DNA from: Dehalococcoidia bacterium
GTDB lineage: Bacteria; Chloroflexota; Dehalococcoidia; Plut-88900
DNA: 64,000 nucleotides
Direction of reading: 5' to 3'
NCBI GenBank assembly: GCA_965197585.1
Contig: OZ240215.1
Coordinates: 1,856,001 to 1,920,000, forward strand
In this document: positions 58,324 to 64,000 of the stretch, piece after piece
Numbering within the stretch: position 1 is the first letter of the stretch
How the letters are laid out: every line of letters begins with the position of its first letter
Translations under genes and position numbers: made by a program
The notes under the pieces: generated by a model
What the model was told of the DNA's origin: nothing
Seen by the model: the letters and a program-made list of their open reading frames with translations, nothing else
Database searches by the model: none

Positions 58324-60204
58324 ATGACGCCCAAAATTATCCTCCCTCGTATCCTTCCAATTCTTCTCCTCGTAATGTCTACTCTCGTACTTGCCGCCTG
58401 CTGGGACGACATCCATCCAACACCAACCGAGCACCCCTCCCCCACCGCCCTTGCCCCCACTCCCACCGCCCCACCCCCCACCCCGACACCCCAGCCCTCC
58501 ATTGTCGATCAACTGAAAATGAATGCCGAGGAGTTTGAATACACTACCGGCAAGCATGGCGGCAATCTGACCTTCGCCACCGTCTCCGAGCCCCTCACTT
58601 TCAATCTGGCCATCTCCACCGACGCCTCCTCCTCCGGCGTTCTCGGCTACCTATTCGAGGGCCTCACCGAGACTTCCTGGCTCACTGACGAGGTGGAACC
58701 CGCCTTGGCCGAGTCCTGGGAGCACTCCGAGGACGGCCTCACTTGGACCTTCCACCTCCGCAAAGACGTCCAGTGGCACGACGGCGCGCCCTTCACCGCA
58801 AACGACGTAGATTTCACATTCAACCGGATCATCTACAACCCCGACATCCAGGCCAGCAGCCGTCCATCATTCCACTTCCGCTTCTTCGACGAAGAGACCG
58901 AAACTTGGGAAGAAAAGCCGATGACCGTAACGGCTCTCGACGACTACACCGTCCAATGCGTCCTTCCCGCACCCTTTGCTACCTTCCTCCGTTCCATGGG
59001 GACGTCCATTTACCCCAAGCACATCCTTGATAGTCACGTCGAAGACGACACCTTCGCAGACATCTGGGACATCACCACCGACCCTGCAGAGATCGTAGGC
59101 ACCGGCCCATTCACCATCGAGAGCTATGTCCCCGGCGAACAGGTTATCCTGAGCCGCAACCCCAACTACTGGCTGAAGGACGCAGATGGCAACGCCCTGC
59201 CCTACCTGGATCGCATCGTCCAGGTCATAGTCCCCGACTTTGATGTCGAGCTTGAGAAGTTCCTGGCCGGAGAGTCGGATACCCACGGTGTTCTTGGCGA
59301 GGAACTGGCTAACCTTGAACCCATGCAGACAGACGGGAACTTCACCATTTACAAGCGGGGCCCGGCCTTCGGCACCACTTTCCTGACCTTCAACATGAAT
59401 CCTGGTAGCAACCCGGACACCTACGATTCCTACCTGGAGCCCCATAAACTGGAGTGGTTTGGCAGCAAGGAGTTTCGGCAGGCCGTAGCCCACAGTATGG
59501 ACAAAGACGCCATCATCGACAACGTCCAGCACGGTGCAGGCTATCCCCAGTGGTCCTCCATAAGCCCCGCCGCCGGTGACTTCCACAACCCCAACGTCCG
59601 CCGCTACGAATACGACATCGACAAAGCCAACGCCATTCTGGATGGTCTTGGCTGGGTGGATACAAATGGTAACGGCACCCGAGAAGACGCCCAAGGCAAC
59701 GAGATAGAGTTCTCTTTCGTCACCAACTCCGGCAACAGCGTGCGCGAACGGGTCGGCGACATCCTGCGCCAGGGCATGGAAGAGATCGGCCTCGGTGTGG
59801 ACTACCGGCTGATCGAGTTTGGTGACCTCGTATCCCAGCTAACCCAGACCTACGAATGGGAAACCATCCTCATCGGCTTCACCGGCGGCTCCGACCCTCA
59901 CTCCGGCATCAGCTTCTGGCACACCGGTGAAAACCTCCACCTCTGGTACCCCAACCAGCCCTCCCCAGCCACAGAATGGGAAGCCGAAATCGACGAGCTC
60001 TACATCATGGCCAGCCGGGAGCTGGACCGCGACAAACGCATCGAACTCTACAACCGCACCCAGGAGATCGCCGCCGAGAACGCGCCTGTCATCTACACCA
60101 CCCTCTCCGAGCGCCTTAGCGCCATCCGCAATGTATTCGGCAACGTCACACCCACACTCTATGGTCTGTTCGACACCCGCTACCTTTACCGCACCGACCT
60201 CTAA
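58324..60204 (+). CDS. Family-5 (peptide/nickel) ABC substrate-binding lipoprotein, no cognate permease nearby
   Basis: LAAC lipobox, PALAESWE, WHDGAPFTANDV, GTGPF and RNPNYW motifs. Confidence 0.92.
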   Translation: MTPKIILPRILPILLLVMSTLVLAACWDDIHPTPTEHPSPTALAPTPTAPPPTPTPQPSIVDQLKMNAEEFEYTTGKHGGNLTFATVSEPLTFNLAISTDASSSGVLGYLFEGLTETSWLTDEVEPALAESWEHSEDGLTWTFHLRKDVQWHDGAPFTANDVDFTFNRIIYNPDIQASSRPSFHFRFFDEETETWEEKPMTVTALDDYTVQCVLPAPFATFLRSMGTSIYPKHILDSHVEDDTFADIWDITTDPAEIVGTGPFTIESYVPGEQVILSRNPNYWLKDADGNALPYLDRIVQVIVPDFDVELEKFLAGESDTHGVLGEELANLEPMQTDGNFTIYKRGPAFGTTFLTFNMNPGSNPDTYDSYLEPHKLEWFGSKEFRQAVAHSMDKDAIIDNVQHGAGYPQWSSISPAAGDFHNPNVRRYEYDIDKANAILDGLGWVDTNGNGTREDAQGNEIEFSFVTNSGNSVRERVGDILRQGMEEIGLGVDYRLIEFGDLVSQLTQTYEWETILIGFTGGSDPHSGISFWHTGENLHLWYPNQPSPATEWEAEIDELYIMASRELDRDKRIELYNRTQEIAAENAPVIYTTLSERLSAIRNVFGNVTPTLYGLFDTRYLYRTDL

Positions 60205-60317
60205 GCCGCTTCTGCCACCCGCGCACCACCCCGAGGCAAAGATATACTGACCCCGCATCTATTCACTCAGGCATTGACACCTGTGTGGACTAGACGGTTG
60301 GCGTCGGCCTTACCGGC

Positions 60318-61544
60318 TTACCTCTGGCCTTCGTAGGCCTCTTCTCCATGCTGGGAGATGTCCAGGCCTTCTTCCTCTTGCTTCTCGTCCACCCGGATTC
60401 CTATGGTGTACTTCAGAGCGTAGAGGATCACGATAGTGACTACGAACGCCCAACTGAAGGAGACGCCTATTGCTAGAAGCTGCCTGAGGATCTGCTGCCC
60501 TCTGGAGAGGTCGGTAAACTCGCCTATGCTCATGAAACCTATCCCTATGAACAGACCGACGCACAGCATGCCCCACATCCCCCCCACTCCATGGATCGCC
60601 CACACGTCCAGGGAGTCGTCCAGCTTGACCCGGGTCTTGAACCAGACTGCGGTGTAGCACAACAGTCCGGCCCCCAACCCGATAAGCACCGCGGGCATCG
60701 GCCCCACGAACCCCGCGGCCGGAGTGATCGTCGCCAACCCAGCCACCGCTCCCGTCGCCGCTCCCACTACACTCGGCCTGCGGGTCCGTGTCCAGTCTAG
60801 TATGACCCATACCACTGCTGCCGTTGCGGCGGAGATATGAGTGACTACGAACGCAGACGTGGCTCTCCCCGCCGCCCCAAGGTCGCTGCCGGCGTTGAAT
60901 CCGAACCATCCGAACCAGAGCAGCGAAGCTCCCAGCACCACGAAAGGCACATTATGGGGAGTCATATCCAGCTTGCCTAATCCGAGGCGCCGCCCAAATA
61001 TGATTGCCGCCGCAAGGGCCGCCGACCCCGAGCTGATGTGCACCACCGCGCCGCCGGCAAAGTCCAATGCCCCCGCACCCCCGAGCCACCCACCTATGCC
61101 CCACATCCAGTGCGCCAGCGGCGAGTACACGATCGTAGACCATGCGATGACGAAGAGAACGAAGGAGCTGAACTTTATGCGCTCGGCGAAGGCCCCCGCT
61201 ATCAGGGCCGGTGTGATGATGGCGAACTTGGCCTGGAAGACCATGAACGCCTGGTGCGGTATCGTGTCCGCGTAGGGTCCGGGCTCCGTCGCCGAGACGC
61301 CCATCAGCCCCACCCATTCCAGGTTCCCTATGAAACCCCCGACACTCGGGCCGAACGCCAGACTGTATCCCCACAGGACCCACGTCAGACCCACAATGCC
61401 CAGAGCTATGAAGGATTGCATAAGCGTCGCCAGCGCGTTCTTGCTGCGGACTAGACCCGCATAGAAGAACGCCAGTCCGGGAACCATGAAGAAGACCAGA
61501 GCTGAAGAGGTCAGGACCCAGGCGGTATCTCCACTATCTATCAT
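60318..61544 (-). CDS. amtB: Ammonium transporter
   Basis: GDTAW, DFAGGAVVH, LWFGWFGFNAGS and DDSLDVWAIHG motifs. Confidence 0.96.
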   Translation of the reverse strand: MIDSGDTAWVLTSSALVFFMVPGLAFFYAGLVRSKNALATLMQSFIALGIVGLTWVLWGYSLAFGPSVGGFIGNLEWVGLMGVSATEPGPYADTIPHQAFMVFQAKFAIITPALIAGAFAERIKFSSFVLFVIAWSTIVYSPLAHWMWGIGGWLGGAGALDFAGGAVVHISSGSAALAAAIIFGRRLGLGKLDMTPHNVPFVVLGASLLWFGWFGFNAGSDLGAAGRATSAFVVTHISAATAAVVWVILDWTRTRRPSVVGAATGAVAGLATITPAAGFVGPMPAVLIGLGAGLLCYTAVWFKTRVKLDDSLDVWAIHGVGGMWGMLCVGLFIGIGFMSIGEFTDLSRGQQILRQLLAIGVSFSWAFVVTIVILYALKYTIGIRVDEKQEEEGLDISQHGEEAYEGQR

Positions 61545-61697
61545 TACCCGTCACCATCCCTTTCAGAGGCCAACTCCGAGCACCCTGGTTTTCCTCGGCC
61601 GATTATATCATTGTGAGGATAAGGAGTCTGCCTGAGTTTCTATGCAGAACAACTACGGAATCTACACAGGTCCCTATGATCCCGTTCACATAGAGGG

Positions 61698-61741
61698 GTG
61701 ACATCACCCTCTTGACATTATAAGTACCTATGTTCTATATT
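61698..61741 (+). promoter_or_regulatory. Sigma70-type promoter with LexA-like box, upstream of candidate ncRNA copy 2
   Basis: GTGACA-N8-TTGACA-N18-TATATT; GTAC-CTAT-GTTC at 61724-61735. Confidence 0.75.
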
Positions 61742-61788
61742 GGTGCCAGGTCTAGACCAACTAACCCAACTACCTTAAGGAGGAACCC

Positions 61789-62337
61789 AAAAACTAGGGA
61801 AGCCCACCCGGCCCCACCCGAGGACTCAACGCCTCAGCCCATCCCAACGGCCCTCGCGCAGGCCCGCGGCACAAGCAAACGCCGCCATCTCCTCAACCAC
61901 CGGGTCCCGTGCCCCCTTCCCTGACCACTAGGCGATGGAAGACGCCCTGGACCGTACTTGAAAGTCTCCTTACGGAGCAACCTTGTCCCATGAGCGGAAC
62001 GGGGCAGCCCGTAGCCGAGGACCGCTCGGCTCTCTGTCCGCTTCCTCAAATAAACTGGGCTGCCGCCGTCTCCCGGCTCCTGGCTTCAGGCGGCGAACCG
62101 GATACCCCGTACTCCTGCGAGGGGAACTGACCCTGGACTTTCCCCTTCCTGCACCCGCCTACGGCGGACAGCGCAGCCAACCTTTATTGGAGCCTATGAC
62201 GGATGACGGACCCGTACGTCCGACCATACTTCCAGGTCTAGGCGGCGGCGGAGCCCCGTCCCACGCTCCCGGGACGCCTCCATGCCCGCATTATCTAAAT
62301 GTAGGGAGCCTAATCCGGCAAGCGTCTTTCATCGCCT
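61789..62337 (+). ncRNA. Candidate large structured ncRNA, copy 2 (family not recognised)
   Basis: Homologous to 14344-14925; see findings. Confidence 0.7.
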
Positions 62338-62579
62338 TCCCAAAACCTAACAGACAGAACGGAAACCGAAACCCCACAATCGAAGATCCGCCTCTGGAGG
62401 ACTGAAGAAAAGGCCAGTGTGTCACTAATCTACCGAACGAGTACAACCTATTGATATGCCCCGTCCAAACCGGTATCTTTCATTGGATTCGCCAACAGTC
62501 GGTATGGTCGGCGGAGGACCAACCGACAGACTGGCAAGCCCGGCGCACCACCGATTTGGACGGGATGTCATAAACACAA

Positions 62580-64000
62580 GTGCGCTTTAACTTAAACTAC
62601 GACATTCAAACCCTGCGCGGAGACCTCTTCGGAGGAGTCACCGCCGCCGTCGTCGGATTGCCCGTGGCCCTTGCCTTTGGGGTCGCATCGGGCCTCGGAG
62701 CCATCGCCGGTCTATACGGTGCCATCGCCGTCGGTTTCTTCGCCTCTGTTTTTGGAGGCACCAAGTCTCAGATATCCGGCCCCACCGGACCCATGGCTGT
62801 GGCGATGGCAGTCATAGTCACGACCCACTCCGATACCCTCGCCGAGGCCTTCACTGTAGTCGTGCTGGCGGGGGCAATTCAGATACTACTGGGAGTCCTG
62901 CGGATAGGGCGCTTTGTAGCCTACACGCCCTATTCGGTTATTTCCGGGTTCATGTCCGGCATTGGCATTATCATCATGCTCCTGCAGGTCCTCCCATTCC
63001 TCGGCGCAGACACATTAACAGGCGGTCCTAGAAGCGCTATCCGAGCCATACCCGACGCTATCCAAGCCTTCAACTCTAATTCTTTCATCATCGCCATCGT
63101 TACCCTAGCCGTAGGAGTATTATGGCCCCGCCAACTGAGAAGGTACCTCCCGCCTACCCTCGCCGCCCTCATTGTCGGCACAATCATCGGCGTCCTATGG
63201 CTGACCCATACTCCAGTTATCGGCGAAGTGCCCTCCGGACTCCCCGAATTTCAGATCCCGGTATTCGACGCCGGTCTGCTAGCCAGCGCCATTCAACCAG
63301 CCCTTATCCTTGCCCTGCTCGGCTCCATAGACAGTCTGCTCACCTCCCTGATAGCCGACTCCATCACTCGAACCCAGCACAGCCCCAACAGGGAGCTGGT
63401 GGGACAAGGCGTAGGAAACGCTATTGCGGGTCTGATAGGCGGTCTGCCTGGTGCTGGTGCTACTCTGGGCACGGTTGTCAACATCCGGGCGGGCGGCAGG
63501 TCTCGGCTCTCCGGTGTATTGCGGGCGGCCATCCTCTTTGCCTTGGTTCTCGGTCTCGGGAGATACGTCGAATCAATCCCCCACGCAGTCCTGGCCGGTA
63601 TCCTGATGAAGGTTGGCTGGGACATCATCGATTGGCGTTTCCTTACCAGAATCCTCAAAGTCCAGAAGGAGCACCTGCTGGTGATGGTGATCACCCTCGC
63701 GCTCACCGTCTTCCTTGACCTTGTCACCGCAGTGGCCATAGGTCTGATTGCTGCCGGTATGGCCAGCGCCCGGCAGTTCGAACGCCTGGAGCTGGATAGG
63801 GTGATATCCACTCCGCTGCTGGACATCAGTTTCCTCGGTACGGAACCCGATAGCGAGGACGATGAAGAAGTGGATCCGTTCTCGGCACGTGTCGGTCTGC
63901 TTGCTCTCAGGGGCACCTTCTCCGTTGCCTCGTCTAAAAAGCTCGTCAGCGCTATCAGCGAAGACATCCGAGACCACGATGTAGTCATATTCGACTTTTC
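62580..64000 (+). CDS. SulP/SLC26 anion transporter (BicA-like); 3' end runs off the window
   Basis: Hand translation from GTG 62580: GDLFGGVTAAVVGLPVALAFGVASG...ISGPTGPM...NRELVGQG...GATLGTVVNI. Confidence 0.92.
   Translation, partial: MRFNLNYDIQTLRGDLFGGVTAAVVGLPVALAFGVASGLGAIAGLYGAIAVGFFASVFGGTKSQISGPTGPMAVAMAVIVTTHSDTLAEAFTVVVLAGAIQILLGVLRIGRFVAYTPYSVISGFMSGIGIIIMLLQVLPFLGADTLTGGPRSAIRAIPDAIQAFNSNSFIIAIVTLAVGVLWPRQLRRYLPPTLAALIVGTIIGVLWLTHTPVIGEVPSGLPEFQIPVFDAGLLASAIQPALILALLGSIDSLLTSLIADSITRTQHSPNRELVGQGVGNAIAGLIGGLPGAGATLGTVVNIRAGGRSRLSGVLRAAILFALVLGLGRYVESIPHAVLAGILMKVGWDIIDWRFLTRILKVQKEHLLVMVITLALTVFLDLVTAVAIGLIAAGMASARQFERLELDRVISTPLLDISFLGTEPDSEDDEEVDPFSARVGLLALRGTFSVASSKKLVSAISEDIRDHDVVIFDF

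Overview
GC-rich bacterial chromosome segment. The gene content suggests Chloroflexota/Dehalococcoidia, probably SAR202-like (inference): repeated LLM-class monooxygenases, amidohydrolases, a translin-like gene and GAAC-N4-GTTC-type LexA boxes. It carries a housekeeping block (thiE, yraN, rnhB, mnmA, rsfS, ndk, tsaB, tsaE, thiL), tRNA-Lys(CTT), hppA, amtB, a SulP transporter, addAB-like genes, ABC transporters, a vapBC-type locus with a duplicated antitoxin, a methyltransferase-HNH fusion and a lower-GC ABC-ATPase + PIN pair. There are two complete IS elements (IS481, IS5) and a dense set of REP-like palindromes. The main signal not explained by any ORF is a ~550-580 nt non-coding element present in two diverged copies (14344-14925 and 61789-62337). 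Its differences fall mostly in loops or preserve base pairing, and both copies lie behind the same promoter architecture with a LexA-like box, shared by a nearby small-terminase-like ORF. It is a candidate undescribed, SOS-regulated large structured RNA. All calls come from reading the sequence by eye; no database searches were run.
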